This document shows, piece by piece, positions 8,518-18,411 of a stretch of DNA of 64,000 bases. Under the pieces are notes generated by a model. The model searched no databases and was not told the origin of the DNA. It was given only the letters and a program-made list of their open reading frames with translations. A program made the translations under genes and the position numbers. The stretch comes from Candidatus Parcubacteria bacterium (GTDB taxonomy: Bacteria; Patescibacteriota; Minisyncoccia; Phycocordibacterales; CAIZLB01): NCBI GenBank assembly GCA_043760135.1, contig JAYUPL010000007.1:64106-128105 (forward strand), in the 5' to 3' direction. Position 1 is the first letter of the stretch, and each line of letters opens with the position of its first letter.

Positions 8518-9866
8518 AAATAAAACTTTTTGCACCCATCGATTGTTCATCTTTTTATTGCTCATGCGAGCGCGTCTTTCGTCCTGAACTGAAAGATAGA
8601 TCTATTTGTGTGTTATCCAACAATGATGGTTGTGTTATTTCTTTAACGCCCGAAGTAAAAAGTTTAGGCATACGCATCGGTACGCCATTTTTCAAAGTAC
8701 GCGATATGTTGGCGAAAAATAAAGTTGTTGTATTTTCATCTAATTATTGTCTGTACGGAGACATGAGTCGAAGGGTGATGCAGGTGATAAAACAATTTAG
8801 CGACAAGGTGGAAGTGTATTCTATCGATGAGGCGTTTATAGAAATAGAAGCAGAGGATGAGGATATTGAGAATGAAAGAATCAGATTACAAAAGATAGCA
8901 GAGGAAATTCATCATACTGTTATGAGAGGAACGGGTATTCCTGTTCGTGTATCTATTGCAGAAACAAAAACATTGGCCAAGGTAGGGAGTGATGTCACAA
9001 AGAAATTATTGAAGGAGAAAAAGATTCCTACCGTATGCTTTTGGAATCATCCTGATAAAATTGTTTCCATGAAAACTACATCTATAGGTGATGTCTGGGG
9101 TGTAGGGCGCGGTTGGGCAGATAAGTTGCAGGATATTGGAATATACACAGCCTATAATTTATTTGAAGCAGATAATATGATGATTGGTAAAAAATATAGT
9201 GTAATTCTTCAAAGAACTACATTCGAACTACAGGGTGTTATTTGTAATCCTATCGAGTCAGAAAATTCACAAAGAAAGAGCTTGATACGAAGTCGAATGT
9301 TTGGGTATAAGTTAACTGATCCAAAATTGATACTACAGGCTGTCTCAACTCATGTTGCTCGAGGTGCAGAAAAATTAAGAGAGGAGAAGCTGGTAACAGG
9401 AGTTCTCTCTGTTGCTATAACCACAGGGCGGCATTCTACAAATAAAAATCTAGGACGTGCATCAATAGAATTATCAAAGCCAACAAATGATACACTTGTC
9501 TTAAGCAAGATTGCTGCTGATTTGTTTAAGAAATGTTATGCAGAAAAAAATGAAAAAGGGGAAGTATATCAATATGTAAAAGCTGGAGTTGTGTTTTATG
9601 ACTTGAAAAGAGATGATACGCAAACACATTCTTTCTTTGAATTTATAAATACCGAGAAAAATGAAATAATGGATACGTTGGATAAGATAAATAAAAAATT
9701 TGGTACCAATGCGATCGTGGTGGCGTCCCAAGGAACTCCGGATAAGTTGAGAGGGAATAGTGCAGCCAATAAGAAAGAGTCGACGGAGTGGTCCATGAAG
9801 AGAAATCATATGAGTCCAAGGTATACGACAGTGTGGAGGGAGTTGATGAAGGTGAAGATTGGGTAA
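8514..9866 (+). CDS. umuC: Y-family DNA polymerase V catalytic subunit UmuC
   Basis: N-terminus MKIKLFAPIDCSSFYCSCERVFRPELKDRSICVLSNNDGCVIS matches the UmuC signature (DCNSFYASCE..VLSNNDGCVIA); SIDEAF. Confidence 0.85.
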   Translation: MKIKLFAPIDCSSFYCSCERVFRPELKDRSICVLSNNDGCVISLTPEVKSLGIRIGTPFFKVRDMLAKNKVVVFSSNYCLYGDMSRRVMQVIKQFSDKVEVYSIDEAFIEIEAEDEDIENERIRLQKIAEEIHHTVMRGTGIPVRVSIAETKTLAKVGSDVTKKLLKEKKIPTVCFWNHPDKIVSMKTTSIGDVWGVGRGWADKLQDIGIYTAYNLFEADNMMIGKKYSVILQRTTFELQGVICNPIESENSQRKSLIRSRMFGYKLTDPKLILQAVSTHVARGAEKLREEKLVTGVLSVAITTGRHSTNKNLGRASIELSKPTNDTLVLSKIAADLFKKCYAEKNEKGEVYQYVKAGVVFYDLKRDDTQTHSFFEFINTEKNEIMDTLDKINKKFGTNAIVVASQGTPDKLRGNSAANKKESTEWSMKRNHMSPRYTTVWRELMKVKIG

Positions 9867-9882
9867 GTAAAATAGAGGTTTT

Positions 9883-10434
9883 TTACAACCCAAAAAACTC
9901 AGCCGACTTTCTATATTCGGCATCAAACAAATTATCCAAAACAGAACTTACTCCCTTACATTGATCGCCAACCATCTTCGTACCTTTTGTATATTCTTTT
10001 CTAATATCTACACTCCAATTTTCTTTTGGATCATTTCTCACACCTCGCATGTTAGATGTTTGATCGCATATTTTTATTCTCTTGATACTATCGCTTTTTG
10101 TTTTTACACGTTCAGCCTGGATAGGTTTTCTTTTGGCTAGTGGCAAATCTTTAATATCATCTTTATCAGTTAATCCATCAACCATGTCAGCCACCTCATT
10201 TCCAAACATGTTTCTAATATCTTCGATTGTGTTAGGTGTATCTTCAACAACATCGTGTAACCAAGCAGCAGCTATTTCAACGTCCGTTCCTCCTGAACAC
10301 CAAACAAGATCAGCCACTTCTTGGAGATGGTGTGATTGTGGTCTTTCAAAACCCCAGATACTTAGACGTTTTCTTTCTTTGTGGGCTTCGAGGGCAAAAT
10401 GCTTAGCTTTCATGATGATGTTTATTTCTTGCAC
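9883..10434 (-). CDS. RelA/SpoT-type HD-domain protein, small alarmone ((p)ppGpp) hydrolase-like
   Basis: HHLQEVA...GG.DVEIAAAWLHDVVEDT; start may be the internal MKAKHF. Confidence 0.65.
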   Translation of the reverse strand: MQEINIIMKAKHFALEAHKERKRLSIWGFERPQSHHLQEVADLVWCSGGTDVEIAAAWLHDVVEDTPNTIEDIRNMFGNEVADMVDGLTDKDDIKDLPLAKRKPIQAERVKTKSDSIKRIKICDQTSNMRGVRNDPKENWSVDIRKEYTKGTKMVGDQCKGVSSVLDNLFDAEYRKSAEFFGL

Positions 10435-10517
10435 TGGTTGATTATATCATTAATGATATATTTTGACTATATATTACAAATATGCTATAATATATACATA
10501 AGTTTTACAGTCAAAAC

Positions 10518-11024
10518 TTGCAACCAAACCACCAACTGCACCTTATCATGAGCTTATTCTATACTGACCCATCCGTTGTCGATGAGCAAGAAGTCCTCGC
10601 GACCGCCGCTGAGCGCAAATTCATTCCTCCTGATGTGTTCTCCGAAGTCCTCAAATGGCTTCCGATTGCAACATCGGATTTCGTCCTCACTCGTTTTTTT
10701 GGTGGTCGCCGGGAATTCCTCCTTGGCTACCGTGCTGAAGCACCGTTTCAAAACACATGGTTCGTTCCGGGTGGACGGATCAATTGGAGTGAATCTCCAG
10801 ATGTTGCCTGCAAGCGCCATATCAAGCGCGAGCTCGGCATCGAAGACGTGTCACCGGAATTTATTGGACACATAAACGTGATCAATCCGGCAAGCGAAAC
10901 TCGGCCTCTCTGGCATTCAATTTGGCATCTCTATGAAGTTTCAGCCCCGGCCAACATCGAAGTCAAACCGAACAATGAGAATGCGAAAGTTCGGTGGTTC
11001 ACTGGGATTGACCGGACCCTGTAA
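10518..11024 (+). CDS. NUDIX hydrolase
   Basis: NUDIX box GGRINWSESPDVACKRHIKRELGI (GX5EX7REUXEEXGU); visibly higher G+C than flanks; alternative start at 10548. Confidence 0.7.
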   Translation: MQPNHQLHLIMSLFYTDPSVVDEQEVLATAAERKFIPPDVFSEVLKWLPIATSDFVLTRFFGGRREFLLGYRAEAPFQNTWFVPGGRINWSESPDVACKRHIKRELGIEDVSPEFIGHINVINPASETRPLWHSIWHLYEVSAPANIEVKPNNENAKVRWFTGIDRTL

Positions 11025-11081
11025 GAGAAGCACTTTTTATGCTCGGCTTCGAATAAGAACCTGAGGGTTCGAAAAACAAAA

Positions 11082-11119
11082 ACGTCTGCACCAATTACTT
11101 GGTGCAGACGTTTTATTTG
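11082..11119. terminator. Bidirectional rho-independent terminator (ACGTCTGCACC-aattactt-GGTGCAGACGT followed by TTTATTTG; A-run upstream)
   Basis: 11-bp perfect stem between the NUDIX gene and tRNA-Glu. Confidence 0.7.
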
Positions 11120-11191
11120 TGACCCCACGGAGAGTCGAACTCCGCTTAACAGATTGAAAACCTGCTGTCCTAACCGATAGACGATGGGGCC
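11120..11191 (-). tRNA. tRNA-Glu(UUC)
   Basis: Reverse complement GGCCCCATCGTCTATCGGTTAGGACAGCAGGTTTTCAATCTG...GTTCGACTCTCCGTGGGGTCA; close match to the E. coli tRNA-Glu pattern; no encoded CCA. Confidence 0.85.
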
Positions 11192-11236
11192 TTATTTATT
11201 TGTTGTATTATAACAACAAATAAAAGATAAAGCAAA

Positions 11237-11602
11237 CTATGATGTTGGCATAGTTTCAATTCCTAATTCTCTTAGATCATTTTCAATTTTAGCTATTTCT
11301 AAATCATATCCAGCAACTATTTTTTCATAGGTTGCTTTGCCTAATTCGTCTTCAGGAGTACCATCCATTTCTAGTTGAAATTTTCTATTCATTGCTTTTT
11401 CTCGAGCAATTTGAAGATCTTTAATTAATAATTCTTGAGACTGTTCAAGGCTCAAGTTTTTTGTGTTTTCCTCACTTGAGTGTAATTTACCTTCAAATGT
11501 TTCAGGATCTGCCCAAACGTCCTGTGGACCTTCATTATTGTTAAAATTTATCATACCCTCCATAATACCCCAGAAAACCCCTAAATCCCATTTGCCTCGC
11601 AC
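11237..11602 (-). CDS. Hypothetical protein
   Basis: ORF only; acidic, coiled-coil-like C-terminus. Confidence 0.35.
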   Translation of the reverse strand: MRGKWDLGVFWGIMEGMINFNNNEGPQDVWADPETFEGKLHSSEENTKNLSLEQSQELLIKDLQIAREKAMNRKFQLEMDGTPEDELGKATYEKIVAGYDLEIAKIENDLRELGIETMPTS

Positions 11603-11627
11603 AAAACTTTATGCTATATTATGGACC

Positions 11628-11936
11628 ATGTTAAACATAAGACTACAAAGAGTTGGAAGAAAAAACGACTCATCATTCAGACTTGTATTGATCAATTCAA
11701 AGTATGCTGCGAGAAGTGGTAAGGCTATTGAGGTGCTTGGATCTGTTGATTTTCGTAAGAAAACTATAGACAAAGAATCATTCAAAGCTGACAAGATCAA
11801 GGCTTTTATCAAAGATGGTGCTCAAGTATCACCAACAGTATTCAACCTATTTGTTGACGCAGGGATCATGGAGGGTAAAAAGAAAAATGTGTTACCTAAA
11901 AAAACACCTCAAAAGAAAGAAGAATCTAAGAAATAA
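11628..11936 (+). CDS. rpsP: 30S ribosomal protein bS16
   Basis: MLNIRLQRVGRKNDSSFRLVL matches the S16 N-terminus (MLKIRLARFGRKKRPFYRIVV); K-rich tail. Confidence 0.85.
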   Translation: MLNIRLQRVGRKNDSSFRLVLINSKYAARSGKAIEVLGSVDFRKKTIDKESFKADKIKAFIKDGAQVSPTVFNLFVDAGIMEGKKKNVLPKKTPQKKEESKK

Positions 11937-12027
11937 TCCTAAGGTATAAAAAACGACACTACTATACATTGTGTTGTTTTTTGTTATAATAGAGTTATTA
12001 CCAATAATCAGTAACCAATACAAACAT

Positions 12028-12288
12028 ATGACACAAATAGACGACACACAATTCCTCCTAAATATAATAAAACCTCTTGTTGAAGATCAAGAGAATATTA
12101 AGGTTATCAGGACAGTAGACGAAATGGGTGTTTTGCTAACTCTTGAAGTTAATAAGAACGACATGGGTAAAATCATAGGCCGCGAAGGTTCTACAGCCAA
12201 AGCTATCAGAACACTACTTAGAGTTTTCGGGATGAAAAACAATTCTAGACTAAACCTAAAGATTAACGAGCCTACTGAGACAGCCTAA
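12028..12288 (+). CDS. KH-domain RNA-binding protein (YlqC/UPF0109 family)
   Basis: GKIIGREGSTAKAIRTLL KH motif; conserved position after rpsP. Confidence 0.65.
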   Translation: MTQIDDTQFLLNIIKPLVEDQENIKVIRTVDEMGVLLTLEVNKNDMGKIIGREGSTAKAIRTLLRVFGMKNNSRLNLKINEPTETA

Positions 12289-12389
12289 ATAGCCATTTTC
12301 TACTCATTGAATAAATTAAAAACAACTCTTTCTTTTCTTGGAAGATGTTGTTTTTATTTGGGGTAGATTATGCTATAGTAACGGGAAAT

Positions 12390-13469
12390 ATGGCATTTAA
12401 TTTCCTCAAATCATTCTCAAAAAATAAGATCTCAAGCGCAAAGGGTCAGGGTATAGGGATAGATCTTGGCACTGCCAACACACTCGTGTACGTTGAAGGA
12501 AAGGGGGTTATTATCAATGAACCTTCAGTTGTTGCTATTAACCAAAAAACGAATCAAGTTGTGGCTGTAGGAAATCAGGCTAAGATCATGCTTGGAAAAA
12601 CACCAAGTCATATTGCAGCTATTAGGCCTTTGGTTGATGGGGTGATTTCTGACTTCGAAGTAACAGAAGAAATGTTGGCTTATTTTATAAAAAAGACTAT
12701 TGAAGTTTTGAAAACATCATCACTGCAATCTGTTGTGATTGGTGTACCATACGGTGTTACAAACGTTGAGAGACGTGCTGTTCGTGATGCTGCCTACAAT
12801 GCTGGAGCTCGATATGTATTTATTATTGAAGAACCGATTGCAGCAGCGATTGGTATTGGTTTACCGATAAAAGAGGCGCAAGGAAATATGGTAATTGATA
12901 TTGGTGGAGGAACTACTGATATTGCTATTATCTCTTTGAGTGGAATCGTTCGTGGTAAAAATATAAAGATTGCCGGTGACAGATTTAATACTGATATCAT
13001 TTCATACATCAGAAATGAGTTTAAGGTTTTGGTAGGTGAGAAGTCTGCCGAACAATTAAAGATGGAATTATCAAACATTATTCCATCTGACCCGGTAAGG
13101 GAGTCGACTATTCGAGGAAGAGATTTAATAACTGGTTTGCCAAAAGAGATTGTTGTTACAGAAGAAGATATACACGATGCTATACATCTATCAGCTGATT
13201 CACTTTTTGAATCAGTGAAAGAGGTTTTAGAATCAACACCACCAGAAGTTCTGTCAGATATTATGGAACATGGTATTTATTTAACAGGGGGAGGTGCCCT
13301 TATCAAAGGATTAGATGAAGCATTGTCAGAATACCTTGGTATTAAAGTTGCCATTGCAGAGGATCCATTAACGGCAGTTGTGCGTGGAACAGGTATGATC
13401 GCATCGAACATAGAATACTATCGTGATATAATTATAGAAAATGAAGATGAATTATCAATCAGGAGATAA
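12390..13469 (+). CDS. mreB: Rod shape-determining actin homolog MreB
   Basis: IGIDLGTANTLVYV...INEPSVVAI...full actin/MreB fold motifs; start set at MAFNF. Confidence 0.9.
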   Translation: MAFNFLKSFSKNKISSAKGQGIGIDLGTANTLVYVEGKGVIINEPSVVAINQKTNQVVAVGNQAKIMLGKTPSHIAAIRPLVDGVISDFEVTEEMLAYFIKKTIEVLKTSSLQSVVIGVPYGVTNVERRAVRDAAYNAGARYVFIIEEPIAAAIGIGLPIKEAQGNMVIDIGGGTTDIAIISLSGIVRGKNIKIAGDRFNTDIISYIRNEFKVLVGEKSAEQLKMELSNIIPSDPVRESTIRGRDLITGLPKEIVVTEEDIHDAIHLSADSLFESVKEVLESTPPEVLSDIMEHGIYLTGGGALIKGLDEALSEYLGIKVAIAEDPLTAVVRGTGMIASNIEYYRDIIIENEDELSIRR

Positions 13470-14385
13470 ACTAAAAAACAGATATTTATCAAACGATGCA
13501 TTTACAAGCTTAACTAATAAGTTAGGTGGTAGAAGTATTATAAGTTTAGGAAATAGAAGAAAGCAAAGTGCCTACAAGGTCGCTAATCAAGGGATGAATC
13601 TTTTTGATTACAAGTCTATTATTTATAGAACTTTCGTACTATTATTTTTGTTTATTGTTTGTGTGTATGTAATTCCTCAAACAAGATATTTTGTGCACGG
13701 ACATATTTCACAAAAAATCAGTGCAAATACTGAAAATGTATCTACATATAAAAGTGTTTCAACAGACGTATATGATGTGGCACCAGTATTTTTGAAAACA
13801 GATGAATTCATTGCAAAGCAAAAAGATACACCTGTGGGTGATGGTATTTCTGTATATGATTTTTTCTCTGACTATGTTATGGGTGTGACTGTTGGAAATT
13901 CATCCTCAACAATACATATAAAACTATTTTCTGATGCTGGTTTTAAAAATAATTTTTTGATTGAACAAGATGGTCCGGTACAACCTGCCGCCACAACTCC
14001 ACTGCAAATAGTGGTTGATGACCTAAGCACTACGACTTCAACAACGACTGACAATGTACAAGTACAACCTGAAGTTGTACAAGAAGAAAATCGTACCTAT
14101 CAATCGTATGTTTTTGAAGGTCTTGGGTATGGACAGTTGATTGCCAAGGTACCACCAAAAACTGTAGTTAAAAAAGACTCATATGTGTATATTAGAACTG
14201 TGAGTGGACTAAAGCCGTTTGCTAAAATTATTAACGTTGATGAGGACAACAAATCAACATTTACCATTGTCTACGCTCAGCTTATTGTTTCTCCACAGAA
14301 TATATATAAGGTTACTTTCACCACAAAAGGTACTTCTGTTTTGATAAATCAAAACAAGTCGCAAATAAAATTAAGTCATAAATGA
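13441..14385 (+). CDS. mreC: Putative MreC (divergent), membrane-anchored
   Basis: Position between mreB and PBP2; single TM; overlaps the mreB end; sequence divergent. Confidence 0.45.
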   Translation: MKMNYQSGDKLKNRYLSNDAFTSLTNKLGGRSIISLGNRRKQSAYKVANQGMNLFDYKSIIYRTFVLLFLFIVCVYVIPQTRYFVHGHISQKISANTENVSTYKSVSTDVYDVAPVFLKTDEFIAKQKDTPVGDGISVYDFFSDYVMGVTVGNSSSTIHIKLFSDAGFKNNFLIEQDGPVQPAATTPLQIVVDDLSTTTSTTTDNVQVQPEVVQEENRTYQSYVFEGLGYGQLIAKVPPKTVVKKDSYVYIRTVSGLKPFAKIINVDEDNKSTFTIVYAQLIVSPQNIYKVTFTTKGTSVLINQNKSQIKLSHK

Positions 14386-16160
14386 ACAAACATATATCTC
14401 CAGAAGACATATTAATTGATCAGTTAAATTTACCCTCATTCGATCACAGTCAATTAGAAGGTCGCATCATAAAACCAATCTCAAATTATATTTTTTATAT
14501 AATTATTTTCGGAGTGTTTGTAGTTTTTGCCTGGTTCTTTTTTAATTCCTACAAATTACAAATAGTGAAGGGTGATTATTATAAAAATAAAGCTGAAAAT
14601 AATCGTTTTGAAACCACGCCAATTTTCTCAGCTCGTGGTGTGATTTACGACAGAAACAAGATTCCTCTTGCATGGAATGAAGAAACCGCGACAACAACAG
14701 AGGCGACGAGTACAGATAATACACAGATCAGAAAATATAAAGAATCAAACGGAATTGGAAATTTGTTAGGTTATATAAAATTTCCCAAAAGAGATAAGAA
14801 TGGATTTTATATCAATAAAGAAGTTGAGACTGTCGGTGGTATAGAAAAATTTTATAATGAGACGCTAAATGGTAAGGCGGGATACTTTTATTCTGAAATA
14901 GATTCTGCTGGTAATTTAATTTCTCAAAATACGGTTGATCTTCCAGAAAATGGAACAGATGTGCACTTAACTGTTGATTATGACATCCAAAAATCTTTAT
15001 TTGAAACATTCAAAAAAGCCGCTCAGGAAAGTGGGTATAACGGAGGCGTGGCACTTATTGCTGATGTTACAAATGGATCTATTTTGGCGGCTGTAACATA
15101 TCCTGATTTTGATTCAAATGTGATGTTTGATGGAACAGATGTTGAAAAAATTACAAAGTATATAAATGATCCGAGAAGTATTTTCTTAAATCGATATGTG
15201 GATGGGTTGTATGCACCTGGATCTGTTGTAAAGCCGATGTTCGCTTTGGCCGGGCTACATGAAGGAGTTGTGACACCAAGGGAGAAAATCCTATCTACAG
15301 GATCACTGATTGTACCGAACCCATACAATCCAGGTCAAAATACAATCTTTAAAGACTGGAAGGCTCATGGTTATACTGATGTACGCGAGGCTATTGCAGT
15401 ATCATCAGATGTGTATTTCTATACTATTGGTGGAGGTGTGCCAGGAAAGAAAGGTTTAGGTATTTCTAAACTTGAAGAATATTCAAAATATTTTGGTTTA
15501 GACAATAGACATACAGATACATTTTTTAATACAAAACAATCGGTTATCCCTACACCTGAATGGAAATTAAAAGCTTTCAATGGCGACATATGGAGACTCG
15601 GAGATACGTACCACTCATCTATTGGACAATACGGATTTTCAGTTTCTCCTATTCAAATCTTAGGGATGACAACAATACTTGCACGTGATGCAAAGGATGT
15701 TCCAGAGTTTAGGGTAAATACTGCGGAACCTGTGAAGTATGTTGAAATTGCTGACAAGTTAAAGAAAATTGATCAAAATTATTTTAACGAAATTTCTGAA
15801 GGTATGAGATTGACGGTTACAGCCGGAACTGCAAAATCTTTGGATTTTGAAGGATTAAAACTGGCTGGTAAAACTGGTACAGCTCAAACAGGAAATCGCA
15901 ACCAGTTTATAAACTCCTGGTTTGTTGGATTTTGGCCGTACACTAACCCAAAATATGCCATAGTGTATATGTTAGAAAAAGGTCCATCGACAAACACAAG
16001 AGGTGCAGCATCTTACTTAAGAGAGTTCTTGCAAGCTTGTTCTGTGTACCAATGTGATTTTGATCATAAGGATAAAAAAGATATCGCAGTACCGGTAACT
16101 GTACCAGTGCCGGGGTTACTTGAAGAAAACGAAGTACTAACAGCTAGTTCAACAGAATAA
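14382..16160 (+). CDS. mrdA: Penicillin-binding protein 2 (peptidoglycan D,D-transpeptidase)
   Basis: N-terminal TM; SxxK (GSVVKP), SSD and KTGTA motifs; ATGA overlap with the upstream gene. Confidence 0.85.
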   Translation: MNKHISPEDILIDQLNLPSFDHSQLEGRIIKPISNYIFYIIIFGVFVVFAWFFFNSYKLQIVKGDYYKNKAENNRFETTPIFSARGVIYDRNKIPLAWNEETATTTEATSTDNTQIRKYKESNGIGNLLGYIKFPKRDKNGFYINKEVETVGGIEKFYNETLNGKAGYFYSEIDSAGNLISQNTVDLPENGTDVHLTVDYDIQKSLFETFKKAAQESGYNGGVALIADVTNGSILAAVTYPDFDSNVMFDGTDVEKITKYINDPRSIFLNRYVDGLYAPGSVVKPMFALAGLHEGVVTPREKILSTGSLIVPNPYNPGQNTIFKDWKAHGYTDVREAIAVSSDVYFYTIGGGVPGKKGLGISKLEEYSKYFGLDNRHTDTFFNTKQSVIPTPEWKLKAFNGDIWRLGDTYHSSIGQYGFSVSPIQILGMTTILARDAKDVPEFRVNTAEPVKYVEIADKLKKIDQNYFNEISEGMRLTVTAGTAKSLDFEGLKLAGKTGTAQTGNRNQFINSWFVGFWPYTNPKYAIVYMLEKGPSTNTRGAASYLREFLQACSVYQCDFDHKDKKDIAVPVTVPVPGLLEENEVLTASSTE

Positions 16161-16164
16161 ATAT

Positions 16165-17352
16165 ATGACAATAGATCAATTTAAAAAAATAAAAATTGAA
16201 GATAGTCCCGGTGTTTATTTTTTTCAAAAAGGAAAAGATATTTTATATATTGGGAAAGCGACTTCGCTCAAAGAAAGAGCGAAAAGTTATTTTTCTAATG
16301 ACCTGATTAAAACTCGAGGTATGCTTTTGGTTGATATGGTTACCAAGGCTGATACGATCAAATTTCAAAAAACAAACTCTGTGTTGGAGGCATTGCTTTT
16401 GGAAACAGAATTGATTAAAAAAAATCATCCACACTACAACACCAAAGAAAAAGATGATAAAAGTTATTCGTACATCGAGATTACTGAAGAGGAATTTCCT
16501 GCTGTAAGAATTGTGCGCGGGCGTAATGTAGAAAATTTAAAAACTGATAATTATTATGGTCCATTTTTATCAACGGTACAGCTCCGTGCCGCTCTGAAAA
16601 TTGTCAGACGCCTCTTTCCTTATCGAGATGAAAAATGTGTGATGGGCAAAAATAGACCATGCTTTAACTACAGTATAGGACTGTGTCCAGGAACTTGTGT
16701 TGATAAGATTTCTGCCAAAGACTATAAAAAACAGATTGAAAAAATAAAATTATTCTTATCTGGAAATACTGACAAAGTTTTAAAAATTCTTTCCAAGGAA
16801 ATGGGGGATTTGGCGAAGAAAAAAGAGTTTGAACAAGCTGCGCTTATTCGAAATAAAATATATGCACTTAATCATATTAACGATATATCTTTGATCAATA
16901 GAGAGTCCACTGAAAATGATGTGCGAATCGAAGCCTATGACATCGCACATATGTCCGGAAAGAATATGATTGGTGTGATGGTTGTGATGGTCAATGGGCA
17001 ATTTCGAAAACATGAGTATAAAAAATTTATTATCCGAGGTCAGGAAACAGCTGATGATGGTCGTGCATTGTATGAAGTACTGACACGTCGCTTTAAACAT
17101 ACGGAATGGGGAATGCCGGATCTTGTAGTAACTGATGGTAATCAAGTTCAACTTGGTATCGCTCAAAAATTTTTTAAAGATTCAGTTTCTATTGTGAAAG
17201 ATAAAAAACATAAAGCCAGGGAAGTGCTCAATGGTGAAATTTTAAAAGAAAAGAATGTTAAGCAGGATGATATCATAAAAATAAATGCAGAAGCACACAG
17301 ATTTGCGATAGGATTTTTTAGAGAGAAATTACGAAAGAGTGCTTTTAAGTAA
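16165..17352 (+). CDS. uvrC: Excinuclease ABC subunit C, compact form (GIY-YIG + Cys motif + UVR + RNase H-like endonuclease domain; no C-terminal HhH pair)
   Basis: PGVYFF..ILYIGKA..LK.R..SYF; RPCFNYSIGLCPGTC; FEQAALIRNKIYAL; RIEAYDIAHMSG...DDGRAL.EVL.RRF...PDLVVTDG. Confidence 0.75.
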   Translation: MTIDQFKKIKIEDSPGVYFFQKGKDILYIGKATSLKERAKSYFSNDLIKTRGMLLVDMVTKADTIKFQKTNSVLEALLLETELIKKNHPHYNTKEKDDKSYSYIEITEEEFPAVRIVRGRNVENLKTDNYYGPFLSTVQLRAALKIVRRLFPYRDEKCVMGKNRPCFNYSIGLCPGTCVDKISAKDYKKQIEKIKLFLSGNTDKVLKILSKEMGDLAKKKEFEQAALIRNKIYALNHINDISLINRESTENDVRIEAYDIAHMSGKNMIGVMVVMVNGQFRKHEYKKFIIRGQETADDGRALYEVLTRRFKHTEWGMPDLVVTDGNQVQLGIAQKFFKDSVSIVKDKKHKAREVLNGEILKEKNVKQDDIIKINAEAHRFAIGFFREKLRKSAFK

Positions 17353-17375
17353 TAAAAATTATATAATAAAAATAT

Positions 17376-18344
17376 ATGCAAAAGTTTTTATTTATTAAAC
17401 CCGCTCACATAGATGATGAAGCAACTCGTTACAACGTGCAGGAAGATATTGTATCGCTCGAACAAACTCTCATAAAGGCGTATAAGGATATTGATATAGA
17501 AATATGTGCAGTAACAGCTGACTCTGAATGGTTAATGCACGGTAGAAAAATTACTCCTGAAATTAAATTAAAAAAATATGACAAGGTGTTTGTGTTTGTA
17601 CACAACATTGACAAGGCTGTTGACAATATAAAAGAAAATACAAAATTGTTTGCAAAGCAGGCTACTTTTCTATACAAGGCTGAGGATGAGATTTTTCATA
17701 ATGCAGAAAAGCTGGAGGAGTTGGTAAGAATAAATAATACTGAAAACTTTAAGATAAAATTCCCCCACCAGATTCATGTGAGCACCAAAGAATATAATGA
17801 AAATGCAACAACCACCAATCAAATAGTTGCTAAGTTCATGAGGCATTTATTTTTACCAATTCACACACTCGAGACAAAACATTCAAAGCATAAGAATCAT
17901 AAAAATATAAACCTTTCGTACAACGCTCAAGAGTTTGTGGAAAACATCGATAGTCTGCGTCACAAATTTGACGAATTAACTTTTCGTGAATATATCGAAG
18001 GGTACCAAGTGTATGTGGCTGTTATTCCTGATTTTAAAGGGGAAGAATTTTATACATTTATTCCACTTATAGAAAAAGATGTAAACGGTATTCCAATGTT
18101 TGAGGTTGCACCACTTTCAATGCTTGAAAAAGAAGGGGTTAGAAATATTGTTAAAAACATTTCTAAAATATCATTTCAGCGCCAACCTGTTGTGTACAAG
18201 CTTTCGGTTCATAAAAAGAGAGGAATCTTTGTTCAACATTCTTCATCATTGTTAACGTATTTGTTGTATTACCCTGACTTTGTATTTGAGTCCGTGGGGT
18301 CTTTAGGGTTGGATATAGAGCAATTTTTGGCGAAGATTTTTTAG
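17376..18344 (+). CDS. Hypothetical protein with weak ATP-grasp (D-Ala-D-Ala-ligase-like) C-terminal similarity
   Basis: REYIEGYQVYVAVIPDFKGEEFYTF and a C-terminal segment reminiscent of Ddl; no Gly-rich ATP loop. Confidence 0.3.
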   Translation: MQKFLFIKPAHIDDEATRYNVQEDIVSLEQTLIKAYKDIDIEICAVTADSEWLMHGRKITPEIKLKKYDKVFVFVHNIDKAVDNIKENTKLFAKQATFLYKAEDEIFHNAEKLEELVRINNTENFKIKFPHQIHVSTKEYNENATTTNQIVAKFMRHLFLPIHTLETKHSKHKNHKNINLSYNAQEFVENIDSLRHKFDELTFREYIEGYQVYVAVIPDFKGEEFYTFIPLIEKDVNGIPMFEVAPLSMLEKEGVRNIVKNISKISFQRQPVVYKLSVHKKRGIFVQHSSSLLTYLLYYPDFVFESVGSLGLDIEQFLAKIF

Positions 18345-18367
18345 AAATAATTAATCTTTTCTTTCAG

Positions 18368-18399
18368 ATTTCTTTATGAGAACTTTATAAGGTGTTTGG
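18368..18399 (+). promoter_or_regulatory. Conserved upstream element ATTTCTTTATGAGAACTTTATAAGGTGTTTGG (copy 2 of 5), ends 13 nt before the MazF-like start
   Basis: Near-identical to 53704..53734. Confidence 0.45.
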
Positions 18400-18411
18400 T
18401 AGGATTATTGG

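Noticed and set aside
13441-14385. Alternative call of this ORF as mreD or rodA
   Set aside because: Only one TM helix and mostly soluble beta-rich sequence. Its position between mreB and PBP2 fits MreC better, so it is kept as a tentative MreC.
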